Assembly (NCBI GenBank): GCA_031763465.1
Contig: JARFOE010000073.1
Location: 10,572,157-10,620,999 of the forward strand
Direction of reading: 5' to 3'
Length of the DNA: 48,843 nucleotides
Origin: Squatina squatina
Lineage: Eukaryota
The notes beneath the pieces were generated by a model. The model saw nothing but the letters and a program-made list of their open reading frames with translations, was not told the origin of the DNA and ran no database searches. The position numbers and the translations under genes were made by a program. The stretch's first letter is position 1; the number at the start of each line of letters is the position of its first letter. Shown in pieces: positions 26,196-37,964 of the stretch.

Positions 26196-26649
26196 GGCCA
26201 GAATCTTTACATTGGAGTCGGGTTTTGTGCATGCGGGATGCGTAGTAGGTCGGAAATGCAATATTTTGCTCAGCGCATTGTTCAGTGCGACGTTTACTTA
26301 ATAGCCCCACTTAAACTACTCATGCGCGTTTCCTGGCCCAATCCAATGGATTGCGTCTGATGACATCACCGATGACTTGTTTCCAGTGCTGATATTTAAA
26401 GCAGCCTTGCACACACCTCATTTGAAGGTTGATGAAGGAGTGCGCAAGATCATTTCCAGAGGTCTGACTACTGTTACAAAGCTGATAAAAGTGTCGCTTA
26501 TGGATACACAAAGGCAAAGGGCTGCACCAAGATTAGCGATGCATCCCTCGATGATCTGGTGCAAGCAGTGAGAGCATGTGGGGAGGCCCGCTTCCCTGCT
26601 GATAGTCACAAAGGACCACCCAAGGGCACAAAAAAGGCATGGTTGGAGA
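26196..26649 (+). mobile_element. PIF/Harbinger-type transposon 5' remnant with frameshifted Myb/SANT-like ORF
   Basis: Starts GGCCAGAATCTTT with a CpG-rich leader. From 26499 it reads MDTQRQRAAPR, then after a frameshift SDASLDDLVQAVRACGEARFPADSHKGPPKGTKKAWLE, similar to the peptide at 1137-1230. Confidence 0.65.
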
Positions 26650-28484
26650 NNNNNNNNNNNNNNNNNNNNNNNNNNNNNNNNNNNNNNNNNNNNNNNNNNN
26701 NNNNNNNNNNNNNNNNNNNNNNNNNNNNNNNNNNNNNNNNNNNNNNNNNGCTCTCCATTCTTTACTTCCTCGTTTCCCATCGTTCCAATCATAAAAAAAA
26801 CATGTTTTCACTTGGATTATTCTGTGTTTTTAAGAAATCATTTTCACTTTTTAAAGCAGAGATACTGCTTTGAGATGTCCAGAATAACCCATCCTTTTGT
26901 CTATAATACACTGATTTTAGTGCTGATTGTAGGATGATTAATGGGTCACGATATTTTTGTTGGATGACGGAAGTTCCTAGTCTTTTGGATGATTAGATTT
27001 TATTTGTTTTCCTTTAACTCTATCTGACATGTCCGGACTCGCATTCATATGGATGGCACATCCTCGCTGTACTGACAGCAACATTTTTCATTTTCCCTAA
27101 TGTGTCTGTCTCGTGTCTCTCCCAGATCCGTCTCTTCCTACTTTCTCATCCTTTCGTGCCGTCTATTTGGTTTATTTTTGTACATGTTAATTACATTTCT
27201 TGCATCTGCCTTTCTGTGTTGCAAATCGTTATAATTTTGTCAGTTTACTGCCCTAGTTCACTTGGATGGACTGTTTTTGATTATACTAAAATATAAACTA
27301 CTTAATCATTTTATTGAGGATCTTTTTTGCTCTTAACGGAAAAGTTTTTCTTGTTTCGCATTATTATTTCCGATCAAGAATGTCAAAAGTGCCCGCAAAT
27401 TCTGTGTGCCAATAGAAATCCCACCTGGTTACATATTACTGCTATTCTCCTGAGTTCATTGGCTTTTCTTCCTTTTCTGAGGCTATCAAATTAAATATGT
27501 ACTTATGGAGATTAGGAAATCAGCCGCTCCAAAATGTGATCCCTTGTTTTGGATTATCCTCTTATTTAGTACCACACAAGTTGAGTTTCGCTGTCGGGCA
27601 GCTGGTGGTAGAAGTGTGTTGGCGATCGATGTATAAGGATTATGTAAATGACACTGCGAGGAAAAAGACAGTTCATTCTTGCACCCAGGCGGGGCGTTGT
27701 AGGCATCTGATATAAACTGCACCAGGGAGCAACTATTAAAAGGGAGTGTTTCTACATCAGCAAATGTTACTCTTGCACCAAGAATACGCGGATGTAATTC
27801 ACTAATTGTGTTTTTATCACAATCGTGTTCCCAAGTACTATATTTTTTTATGGCAGGTATTCCAAAGAAATAGTGTTTCGTTTTTTACACTTCGTATTGG
27901 AAACATTTCTGTGTAGGAACGCAATGGATGTTTAAAAAAATCGGCATATACTGGACATAGATAACGTACTTTTGTGTAGGTTTCAGTGCATTTGTTACAT
28001 TACATTCTGTGGTGGACGGATAATGGGTGTTGCTAACATCGATATGTGTTGACGTGTTTATTTTTTAAAATCCCACTTTTTAAAATCAGAGTAATGAAAG
28101 CGCGTTAACCATTTACAATGAAATAAATTTGTACCTTCTGAGCACTGTCCATGGCTAATATTATTTCGTAGTAAGTTATTTGTGCAGATCTTATGGGATA
28201 TTTACGTTCCTGGCCACTTTTTAAAATGGTAAACAAATCGGGATTGTTAATGCTTCAATATTGGAAACTTTTGCTGTGCACACTCTGTAGTTTGCTTGTT
28301 CTGGTTCTTCATTACTATTATTGCGACCGCCATCCAGTTGCATGAATATCTCCTATATTCGGAAGGGAGTTCAGGCTGCCTTANNNNNNNNNNNNNNNNN
28401 NNNNNNNNNNNNNNNNNNNNNNNNNNNNNNNNNNNNNNNNNNNNNNNNNNNNNNNNNNNNNNNNNNNNNNNNNNNNNNNNNNNC

Positions 28485-29074
28485 AGAGCCTTTATTATCC
28501 AACAGAGGGTTCCCTTTAACCAGCCACTTGTTCAAGTGCTATTCTACGTGGCAGGCCGAGATTGGGATGATTTTGATGTTGTGGATAAGTTGCCATGTGC
28601 TAGACTTCATGCTTTCCGAGATGTGAGCGATATTAAGAGCTCCTGCAGGCTGAGGGGAATCTTAGCCATGTGCCTTGTGCAAGTTGACTTGCCACTTGCC
28701 TGGTTTAGTTCTGCCACCTCAACTCTGGGAAGAAAGAAACCCATGGATAATTTGGATATAGTCAGTGAAAATCTTCAAGTTGAACTCTACTACACCTTGC
28801 ATCCTCCAGATGGAAATGGAGAATGCAATGCTGGCAATGATGCACCTTCTCGTAAAGGAAACAATGTTAGGCAGGATGGCTCTCACCAGCAGCCTCTGCT
28901 ACGTATAGGAAGCATCAACTTGTACCAGCCTCCCCAAGCTCAGTTAATTCAGGAGCACAGGCTTGATGGCAATATCTTCATTCGCTTGCCTGAAGGACCA
29001 CTAAAACCTGGGGAAATCCTTAGTATCTCTGTGTTTCTAACACCGAATTCAACAGTGGAGCAAGTCACTCTGAG
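28485..29074 (+). CDS. TMEM132E: TMEM132E-like transmembrane protein, large coding exon (exon 2 equivalent); 5' part lost in gap 28384-28483
   Basis: Open frame RAFIIQQRVPFNQPLVQVLFYVAGRDWDDFDVVDKLPCARLHAFRDVSDIKSSCRL...LPLAWF...ELYYTLHPPD...PLLRIGSINLY...QEHRLDGNIFIRLPEGPLKPGEILSI...EQVTLR closely resembles vertebrate TMEM132E as I recall it (QVLFYVAGRDWDDF, LPCVRLHAFRD, LLRIGSI, PLKPGEVLSI). Ends at donor CTGAG|GTATGA (GT 29075-29076), phase 2. Confidence 0.93.
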
Positions 29075-29283
29075 GTATGACATATTTAATTGTTTTTACT
29101 TTAAAAGATGATTTTGAAAATCGTATATTAGTTATATATTAATTATTACAAAATGTATGTAAATCATTTGTATTTCCTGAAAATTCTACCCCAATCTGTC
29201 AAAACGTAAAGATTACTTTTCTCTAATTTTCCTTCACTACTGCCAGCTATTCATTCTGCTATGCCATCCATAATGTTATGGGT

Positions 29284-29326
29284 CTATTTGTTTCCTGTTA
29301 TGAGCCTATTTGTTTCCTGTTATGAG
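29284..29326. repeat. Tandem duplication, 22-bp period, 2 copies
   Basis: CTATTTGTTTCCTGTTATGAG occurs at 29284 and 29306. Confidence 0.85.
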
Positions 29327-29650
29327 TTGTCTTCTCATCTATGCAATCAACTAATGGTGACAGGATGCTGACCATTTTTCATTCATGGAAAAGGGGAAAA
29401 TGTGCCTTTTTATTGTATTTAAAAAAAGTGAATGTCCAAGGGCATGCATGAGTTCAGTTATTTAGACGACACGGCAGATCATGCAACTCGCAGAGAAATG
29501 GGTCTCTGATGTGTGGCATCTGCATCACCCAATGGGAAAAGAATATACCTTATATTTGCCTTGTTATGACATCTGCAGCAGAAAAGAGCACTTTTGAGTG
29601 ACCCCACAAGGTGCTTCATCTATCTATATATCACCAATTGACATGGCAAT

Positions 29651-29704
29651 CTTAGACAACACTACAACCTTAGACAACACTACAACCTTAGAAAACACTA
29701 CAAT
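29651..29704. repeat. 18-bp tandem repeat, 3 copies
   Basis: CTTAGACAACACTACAAC occurs at 29651, 29669 and 29687 (third copy with substitutions). Confidence 0.9.
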
Positions 29705-30246
29705 CATGCACACCATAATTGTTACTAAGCTTGGTAAGCACATCAGGACCACTGTACTATAGTCAACGTGAGTATGAGTTGATGTGCTTTAACAGAAGTC
29801 TGATGCACCATTATCTGTCTCTGATCTGCTACCACTAGATAGCTTGCTTCATACTAATGGAGGCAGAGCTTGGCAAAATAGCTTCGTAAAAGAAAAATTA
29901 CTGTATGACCTACAGTCGGCCTGTGCACTACTTCTAGCCGGAACCTCAAATTGGAGAAGTAGCAAAAATAGCTTTATGATCAAAAATTTATTGAAAAAAC
30001 TGGAGGCAGCGATCCAGTCGTATTTTCAGAAGAACCAAGAATTTGCGATGCTCACTGCTTTCATTTGGGAGACCTTATTATAAGCAACACTTCTGCAAAG
30101 CAAAGGAAATATTAATAATGATCTGGATCTCTGGGACAGGGTCTTTACCTCTGAGGACACTTAACAAATTTTGATTAAGATGAAGTAGGTACCGAATGCC
30201 TTCCTTATTCATAGATTAAGTGAAATTTATGTTGTTACATACACAA

Positions 30247-30321
30247 TATTAATGATTTGGACGAGGGGATTGAATGCACCATCTCCAAGTTTGCGGATGA
30301 CACAAAGCTGGGAGGCAGTGT
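30247..30321 (+). mobile_element. CR1 LINE RT core fragment
   Basis: Encodes INDLDEGIECTISKFADDTKLGGS (FADD catalytic motif); ends at a gap. Confidence 0.85.
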
Positions 30322-31454
30322 NNNNNNNNNNNNNNNNNNNNNNNNNNNNNNNNNNNNNNNNNNNNNNNNNNNNNNNNNNNNNNNNNNNNNNNNNNNNNNN
30401 NNNNNNNNNNNNNNNNNNNNNGATTCGAATATTTATATCCTAGCATCCTTTGTTTTGACCAGCCAGATTGAAGTGCACTCGACACCTGGAGAACATTGCA
30501 AGCTTTAGGATCCCAAAAATACAGGAGGCGTCAATTGAAAGAAAAATACCCATTTTCTGCCACTACTGAAAGTTAAAATTAGCCTTCTGGAGAGTCTTAG
30601 TTGACTCAAGGCTATGCATGCCCAACTAATGCAGAGTTGCCATCAAAAAGTCACTCTGAAATCATAATTGTGTAGGTTCAGATGAAGAAAGTCCTTTGGC
30701 TCTTTTGCACTCCTCTTTCTAGAATACAAACCCTACCTACCATCTTCAGTACAGTACAGTAGCTGTTTCTTTAGTAAATCCAGTGTACTGGGCTCAACCA
30801 CCCTTCCTGCCATTTGTTCAAGATTCTACACAGCCCAGTAGTTGCTGTCTACCTTCTTCCTACAAGCTTTGTAAATTTGTCTATATTTTCTTGGTGTCCT
30901 TTTTAATTTTGCTTTTAAATCCTTTGAATCAGGTTGCCCACTGACCATAGAATTCACTGACATGCATGCTGGTTAAATGTTAATGTTTACAAAAAGCCAA
31001 TGGGATATTTGACTCTTTCCTAACATTAAAATATAAAAAATGTGTAATGGGAAGTTCCCAGGCACCCCAGTCTTGCAGGAGGTGAAGGAAACCTGTCCAC
31101 ATTTATTTTGGGGAACTTTACATGTCTGAGGAGAATACATACTTTTCTTACAGTTATAATTTACTAAGCAAGATAATACAGGAAATAATATTGGTTATTC
31201 TAATACAATTAGAGTTAATGTGCAAGAGGGATAAGCTTTGATGTAGTGAATGATCATTTAACATTCCTAACTTCTTATGTTCTTATGTTGCCCCAATGAA
31301 ATTGTATTAGCTCAAAATGTATACGATGTGTATCCCTAACAGTCATGTAGAATGCTATAGATCTCAGACTTTATCATATGCTCTCTTGTAGATCAGTAGA
31401 TCCAAAGTTATACGATGCAGATTAACATCCCAAAATATAGGAAACGTGGGAGCC

Positions 31455-31753
31455 AACTCCAACAAACGCAATGTGATAATGACCAGATAATCTGTTTTCG
31501 TAATGTTGATTGAGGGATAACTATTGGCCAGGACACCAGGGATACCTCCGCAGCTGTTGTTCGAAATAGTGCCATGGGATCTTTTACGTTAACCTGAGAG
31601 AGCAGATGGGCTTCGGTTTAACATCTCATCCGAAAGATGACACCTCCGACAGTACTGTGATTGAGTGTCAACCTAGATTTTTGTGCTCAAGTTTCTTGAA
31701 TGGGATTTGAACCCACAACCTTCTGAGGCGACGGTGCTACCAACTGAGCCACG
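31455..31753 (-). mobile_element. tRNA-derived Deu-domain SINE (SacSINE1-like)
   Basis: The reverse strand begins GTGGCTCAGTTGGTAGCAC (A box) and GGTTCAAATCCC (B box). It continues into a Deu-type core: CTGTCGGAGGTGTCATCTTTCGGATGAGATGTTAAACCGA...AAAAGATCCCATGGCACTATTTCGAA...GGTGTCCTGGCCAATA. Confidence 0.8.
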
Positions 31754-32275
31754 NNNNNNNNNNNNNNNNNNNNNNNNNNNNNNNNNNNNNNNNNNNNNNN
31801 NNNNNNNNNNNNNNNNNNNNNNNNNNNNNNNNNNNNNNNNNNNNNNNNNNNNNAAGCATGTTGGCTTAAATGTAATTTTTCATGGGCATATCCATATAAT
31901 AATATTAATATTACTAAAAAAAACCTAGTTGCCTGTTCAGTGTATTTACAGCATTTTCTGTTTTCTATTCAACTTTTGTTTACTAATAGCAATTAAAATA
32001 ATTCTTCATTTCTATGTTTCCGGCAGCTGAATTTTAATTAATGCTTTACAGGAGTGTGTTGGAAACATTTATTGAATATGCACAATGAGAGTGATCTGAT
32101 TGATTTGTAAAGCGCACTTTACTATTCTGAGTTCTTATTATAAATGGGCAGTAATTTTGCTGCAACAGGAATCTATGATATGCTGAATGAATCAGAACAT
32201 CAGAGTCTTTCACTTTTTTGAGTTAATAGTTCTACTATGTTTGTCTGACTGCTTATTTTGTTCAATATTTTGCAG

Positions 32276-32419
32276 GGTAAAGGCCAAAAAAGGAGTGAAC
32301 CTGAAAAATATGTGGCCAAAAAACCCTGAAACCTGGCAGTTGAGATCAGAAATCTTGAATGGAGGAAAACATTCCACAGCCACAGTGGAGATGAATAGGA
32401 AGCAAGGAGTCTTATATAG
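32276..32419 (+). CDS. TMEM132E: TMEM132E-like coding exon (exon 3 equivalent), 144 nt
   Basis: Acceptor ttttgcAG|G (AG 32274-32275) and donor TATAG|GTGAGA (GT 32420-32421). Phase 2 matches the previous exon. Encodes (R)VKAKKGVNLKNMWPKNPETWQLRSEILNGGKHSTATVEMNRKQGVLY(R); LR/VKAKKGV and KHSTATV are TMEM132 family motifs. Confidence 0.92.
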
Positions 32420-32470
32420 GTGAGAACAATTAATAAATACTAGAGGATTGATCATGGCACTCTACACTGT

Positions 32471-32638
32471 GGGGGTGAATTTCTAGCGCATTTTCCTGAT
32501 TGTCTGCTGTAACTTCGATGGATGGGCTGTGGAAATTCTGGAAAAATGCCGTTGGCGACTATTTTCCAGGGTTTCTGTGGCTCTTTCACCAAACATATGA
32601 TGGTTGGCCTGGAAAACCATCATGGAAGCTCACCTCCA
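32471..32638. mobile_element. Palindromic MITE-like element, ~165 bp
   Basis: Outer imperfect inverted repeats GGGGTGAATTTC / GAAGCTCACCTCC and inner inverted pair GAAATTCTGGAAAAAT / ATTTTCCAGGGTTTC. Confidence 0.6.
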
Positions 32639-32709
32639 GTAAGTGAGAGAATATGGTCCCTCACTTACCAGTTTCTGTTCTCCTTCGTGTTGCCTTTCTC
32701 TCTATCCCC

Positions 32710-32779
32710 TAGGAACAGGAGTCGGCCATTCAGCCCTTTGTGGCCTGTTCCCCCATTCAGTTAGATCATGGCTGATCTG
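32710..32779 (-). mobile_element. CR1 3' tail fragment
   Basis: TAGGAACAGGAGTCGGCCATTCAGCCC...GATCATGGCTGATCTG is the reverse complement of the tail at 19460-19515. Confidence 0.75.
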
Positions 32780-35224
32780 AGTGTTAAAGTACCCCAGGCC
32801 TNNNNNNNNNNNNNNNNNNNNNNNNNNNNNNNNNNNNNNNNNNNNNNNNNNNNNNNNNNNNNNNNNNNNNNNNNNNNNNNNNNNNNNNNNNNNNNNNNNN
32901 NATGAAACAAGAATTGAATTTGGAAAAAATTTTTTAAAAAGGAAAATTAACTGGCGGGAACGCCGATTGTGATATTAAAAGCATCTTACTATTTATGTAG
33001 GCCTCTCTTATGCGATTGGTTAAAATTATGCCATTGCATTGCTGTTTGCATCTGCCATCATAAATCTTTCTACCTGGTGAAAAAATGAAAACAACATGGA
33101 ATGGGTTCCTGTACAAATTGTTTTGAAGTAGCCAAAATGGTTATGTTAAACTTAGAGAGCTTTCTGGAAGTAAGGTAATTGGAAAATTCCTCAATCTGGT
33201 GATTATGGTTTTTTTTAGGTAAATCGGTAAAAGTGGGTAGTGTTCAAAGACTTCTGAGCTATAGACTCAGCCTAATGCTAGGAGCACAACACCAATTACC
33301 TGGGACCCAACCAGGCCCTAAACAGGAGGATATCCAGCTGCGCACATGGTGGGAGATATAGAGGGATAGATGTCACCCATTCAGTTCCAGATAGGACTGT
33401 CTGGTTTTTGAGTGGACTGTCTTAAAAATTCTGAAATGTAAAATTGCCAAACAATCTACAATCTCTTAAGTACCAGTCGTGACATACATTTTTTCATTCT
33501 ATCCCTGCTAATATTGCAAATGCTTCCAGTTCTAATGAAAAAGAAAAATTGTGGGCATTATGAATCTGCAATAAATAGGGACTGTCAAATGGAATGCTGT
33601 ACAATAAATCGGATGCTATTGGCCTCTTACCATTGAACTGGAGAGCTGTATTGTTACAAGGTTACTACAAAACTCTGACATAGCAATCCTTGATCACAAT
33701 CAGCTATCTGTGCAGTGCTAATTAAAGAGCAACTATTGTTGCATTTCTTTCAGGTTAATATTTACTGTTGGGTATGCATCGCACACTTGATTCTCTGTTT
33801 GTCTTTATCGCAATGGATAAGGAAGCCACAGGGAAATGCTTTCTTGTGTACCTTTCTACTTTATTCGATAAGAGGCAGAAATCATTCAGAACAGATAATA
33901 GATCCGGTAAAAGGAACTCCTCAGTAATTATTGTTCTTTAAATACTTTAAACACAGCCACAGCCTCTGTATTTGTATTGAACCTTATCACATCTTATCAT
34001 CAAACTTTGATTCAGAATTATATGTACCAAGCTTAATAGTGTTGGTTATTTCACCCAGCAATCAGTCCAAGAATTAAGGAAACTGCATTCTTCTCAGCCT
34101 TTCATGCCAGTGAAGTACATTCACCAGGAAAGGGACACTTGTTTTCTTCCATTAATTCTCAGTGTTAAGTACAACTCTAAATGCTTATCCAAAGTTTAAC
34201 TTTGTGTTTTTTAATTGTTAAACCCCTGTTCACCAAAAAAAATGTATTCTTAATAACACTTTACATTTACATCTACCATTTCTCATATTAGAAAGACATC
34301 TCAGATGCTTTACAATGCAGAGAAGAAAAAATAGACATCAAATGAGAGAGAAGAGATAGATAGAATTAGAGGATGGGGTTGAAAGAGTGGGTGGAGAAGC
34401 TTTTGAAAGCAGGAAGAGATGTAACAAGACAAAGGGATTTGTCTTGCTCAGGGTTGACCGCTGAAACTGTGAAGTGCCTTGGGATATTTTGCTATGTTAA
34501 AGGCACTGTTTTCAAATGCAAGTTGCTGTTGACAGAAAGAGAAGTATAAATCAGGATATCTGGAGACAAGAGAAACAAAAGAGAAAATTCAGAGCAGTAA
34601 TGACCAAAGTAACATCTATAGAATAGAGAAAAAAGAAACGTTGTTAGTGAGCGAGAGATTGTCAGCTGAAGGTGAGCGAAGAATCAGACAGCAATCTCTT
34701 TTTAAATGACAATGGATGGAGCTTTATAATCTTGGATAAATGGATTTATAGAGAGTTAAAAGTTAGTGTTTGACACATAATAGTCAAAGAAAGAATTCTG
34801 AGATGTTACCATTAACCATCACCAACGACAGCTCGGTTCTGATGAAAGGTCAGTTATCTGAAACATTAAACAGAGTTATGGCAACAGATTCTAGACAAAG
34901 ATTTATTTAGCTTAGATTAATACAAAGATTCAGTAAAGATTTGAGATACTAAAAGGTAGACATGTCTGGTTTGTAGATAGCAAAAAGGGATGAGTTATAA
35001 ATTTAATACTTATCCACTGAGTGGAAAATTCAATCACTGACATGTAGTATATTGTACTTTAAGTTCATTTCATTTAAAGAAGCAGTGTTGCTGTTTTTTT
35101 AGCAGCCCGTGCAAACTCTTAAACCATTAATAAAATATAACTCAATCACATAGTTATTTTCTATGCGTTGTTTTCTCCTCTCTTCCCCCACCCCCAAATT
35201 TTCTTCACTCTCTTGATGGTAGTG

Positions 35225-35470
35225 ACTTATGCCAATAGCCCTCCAGTACATAGTGCAAATGGACATTCCTCATGTGTGAGCCCAGATATTGCATGTTGCC
35301 AGTCTAATTGACCGTGGGTCTAGTTGACCACAGCTGAGCATGACCTTGTCCTCACCCAACACCCATTAATGCGCATGTTCCAGCAGGAGCAATGGACAGT
35401 GAACAGAAGCTGGAACTTTGACTTTTTTCCCCCCTCTTTAGCTCAAGAGCATTTGCTTCTGAGCCATTGA
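35225..35470 (-). mobile_element. Old SINE-like interspersed repeat
   Basis: GCCCTCCAGTACATAGTGCAAATGGACATT is the reverse complement of AATGGCCATTTGCATGAGGTACTAGAGGGC near 44499-44528. Confidence 0.5.
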
Positions 35471-35611
35471 GGGAGTGCATGCCTTAGCTTCATTGCTTTT
35501 TTTTTTAAAGAGCTACACTTAAAAATCAAGGAAAGCAGAGGAGTTATTTCTGTTCAGAATGAACGTGCTCACTTTTTCTCTCTTGCGTATTGCAATGCAC
35601 TTCCTGTCTGC

Positions 35612-36217
35612 AAACATTACACAGAATTACATCGAATTTACAGCACAGGAACGGGCCACTCAACCCAACTGGTCTGTTCAGATGTTTATGCTCCACACGA
35701 ACCTCCTCCCACCCTACTTCATCTAACCTTATCTGCAAATCCTTCTATTCCTTTCTTCCTCATGTACTTATCTATGCTATTCTCCGGTTCCAGGTAGGTT
35801 CCGCATTCTAACCATTATTTGGATAAAGAGGTTTCTCCTGAATTCTTTCAGATTTATTAGTGACTACCTTATATTTATGAACCCTAGTTTTGGACTCCCT
35901 CACAACTGGAAACACCTCTATGTCCACCCTATCAAACCCGAACATAATTTTAAAGACCTCTATTAGGTGTCCTCTCAACGGCCTCTTTTCTAGAGAAAAG
36001 AGCTCCAGCCTGTTCAGTCTTTCCTGATGATTATCTTTTCTGGTATCATCCTTGTAAATCTTTTTTGCACCTTCTCCAGTGCCTCTATATCCTTTTTATA
36101 ATATGGCGACCAGAATTGCGCACAATACTCCAAGCCATAAGACCATAAGACCATAAGAAGTAGGAGCAGGAGTAGGCCATTCGGCCCGTCGAGCCCGCTC
36201 CGCCATTCACTTGGATC
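35612..36217 (-). mobile_element. CR1 LINE 3' fragment (35612-36136) abutted by a second, younger CR1 3' tail (36136-36217)
   Basis: Reverse frame LEYCAQFWSPYYKKDIEALEKVQKRFTRMIP. The second tail has a (CATAAGAC)n microsatellite and intact CpGs: GTAGGAGCAGGAGTAGGCCATTCGGCCCGTCGAGCCCGCTCCGCCATTCA. Confidence 0.85.
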
Positions 36218-37607
36218 NNNNNNNNNNNNNNNNNNNNNNNNNNNNNNNNNNNNNNNNNNNNNNNNNNNNNNNNNNNNNNNNNNNNNNNNNNNNNNNNNNN
36301 NNNNNNNNNNNNNNNNNGACCATACACATATGCCTTCGGATGAAACTGGCTGGATAAAGATAAAACTAGATGCATGACTGGACTGTTTAGACTTGGGGGA
36401 AAAAAAATAAACCTCAGTGATATTGGAAACATAACCTAGGTGCCTAAAAGGCAAGTGGGTTACATACTTATGACCTTATTGATTTTTTTTTCAGTAAACC
36501 TCAGAGTCTGTCACATGTCCTATTTATACCACAAGTTCATTGGCTTTAACAAATATGCAAGTTTTTTTTTCAATTATATGGATAACATCATTCTATCGCC
36601 CTATTGTGGGGAAGAAGTCAGGAACATTCAAAGAAAGCTGTCATACACATGTTCATAATTGTTGTGAAGTGGGTCATGTGCTTATTTCTCAGTTCAGTGT
36701 GAACCTGGGCTGCAGAGCAGGAAATAGCAGGGAACGTTTCCCACTTTATGCAGAAAGTTACAATGAAAGAGATGGTACTTGGAGAGAGTATATTAATGCA
36801 AGGAGCCTTTATTGTGTGTAGATACACTGAGATTAAATGATTAACATATGTGGAGATTGATGGTATACACAGATAGAACCCATGTAATTACCACTTCTTG
36901 CTAGTGTCACTCTATTTTAAAGTCTTAGTTATTTTGAATAGCTCCTTGTGTAATTCATCTTTAATCTGATCATTTTACCTCTTCATTGTTAATGATTTCC
37001 TTTGTGTACTATGTAACAAATCGAAGGTTAGTTCTTTGTAATGGTATGAATTTAACAAATAAAACCATATTACTAAGTTTGTAATTTTCAGGTTTTAGCT
37101 GGCATCATTGGTTTCATGTAATATATTTAAGATGAGACTTGTCCGTATTGAATTCTATGTTTTAATAGCTTGTTGATATGAGTGCCAATCTACAGTGCCT
37201 CACGGCACTGTCTTGTCCATTCTATTTGACAGCATAAAATGCAGCCCAAGAAATATTAATGAGATAATTAGCATTGATTTCCGTCACAGTGATCGTGTTT
37301 GGCACACCAACCTAAATGCAATAAAGTGAAGTATGCCAAATTAACTGTACCTCTGCCTCTTTTTGTGCACTTCAAAAGAGATGGCAGGTATGAAATGACT
37401 TATTTTCTTTGCACTGAAGCAAAATGTAATGCAAACCCATATTTGTCACATTGTAAATGGAACACAGTTTACCGTTTCTGTATTTTTCCCCTCCCTCCCG
37501 TCTATATTTTGCAAGGTGGTTTATTTTTTTGCTCTCCCTCCCTCATTTGAGGGAAGCTCTACTTACTGAGGCCTCATTATTTGGAGAGTTGTTGGAAAAA
37601 ACCTAAA

Positions 37608-37725
37608 TTTCACCACACTTTAGGAAGGATCTCAAGGTATTAGAGAGGGTGCAGAAGAGATTTATTAGAATGGTATCAAGTATGAGGGAGTTCAGTTATG
37701 CGGAGAGATTGGAGACGCTGAGATT
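37608..37725 (+). mobile_element. CR1 LINE ORF2 fragment
   Basis: Encodes SPHFRKDLKVLERVQKRFIRMVSSMREFSYAERLETL; ends at a gap. Confidence 0.85.
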
Positions 37726-37964
37726 NNNNNNNNNNNNNNNNNNNNNNNNNNNNNNNNNNNNNNNNNNNNNNNNNNNNNNNNNNNNNNNNNNNNNNNNNNN
37801 NNNNNNNNNNNNNNNNNNNNNNNNNCCTCTCTCAGGATGAGAGCATCGATCTCCCGCCACTGCCACTCCGCCATTGCATCTGCTCAGGCAGCCCTGATTG
37901 CTGCCGCATCTCCTGCGGTGGAGAAGTCTGAAGCTGGCCCTTCAAGGGCCAAATCTGTGTGAGG

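Noticed and set aside
28296-28383. Hydrophobic MFWFFITIIATAIQ N-terminus as a TMEM132E signal peptide
   Set aside because: It starts at TTG, is joined to the exon only through an unsized gap, and shows no family similarity. No convincing exon 1 was found in the window.
31690-31753. tRNA gene on the minus strand
   Set aside because: It has A/B boxes but no complete cloverleaf, and it continues into a SINE body.
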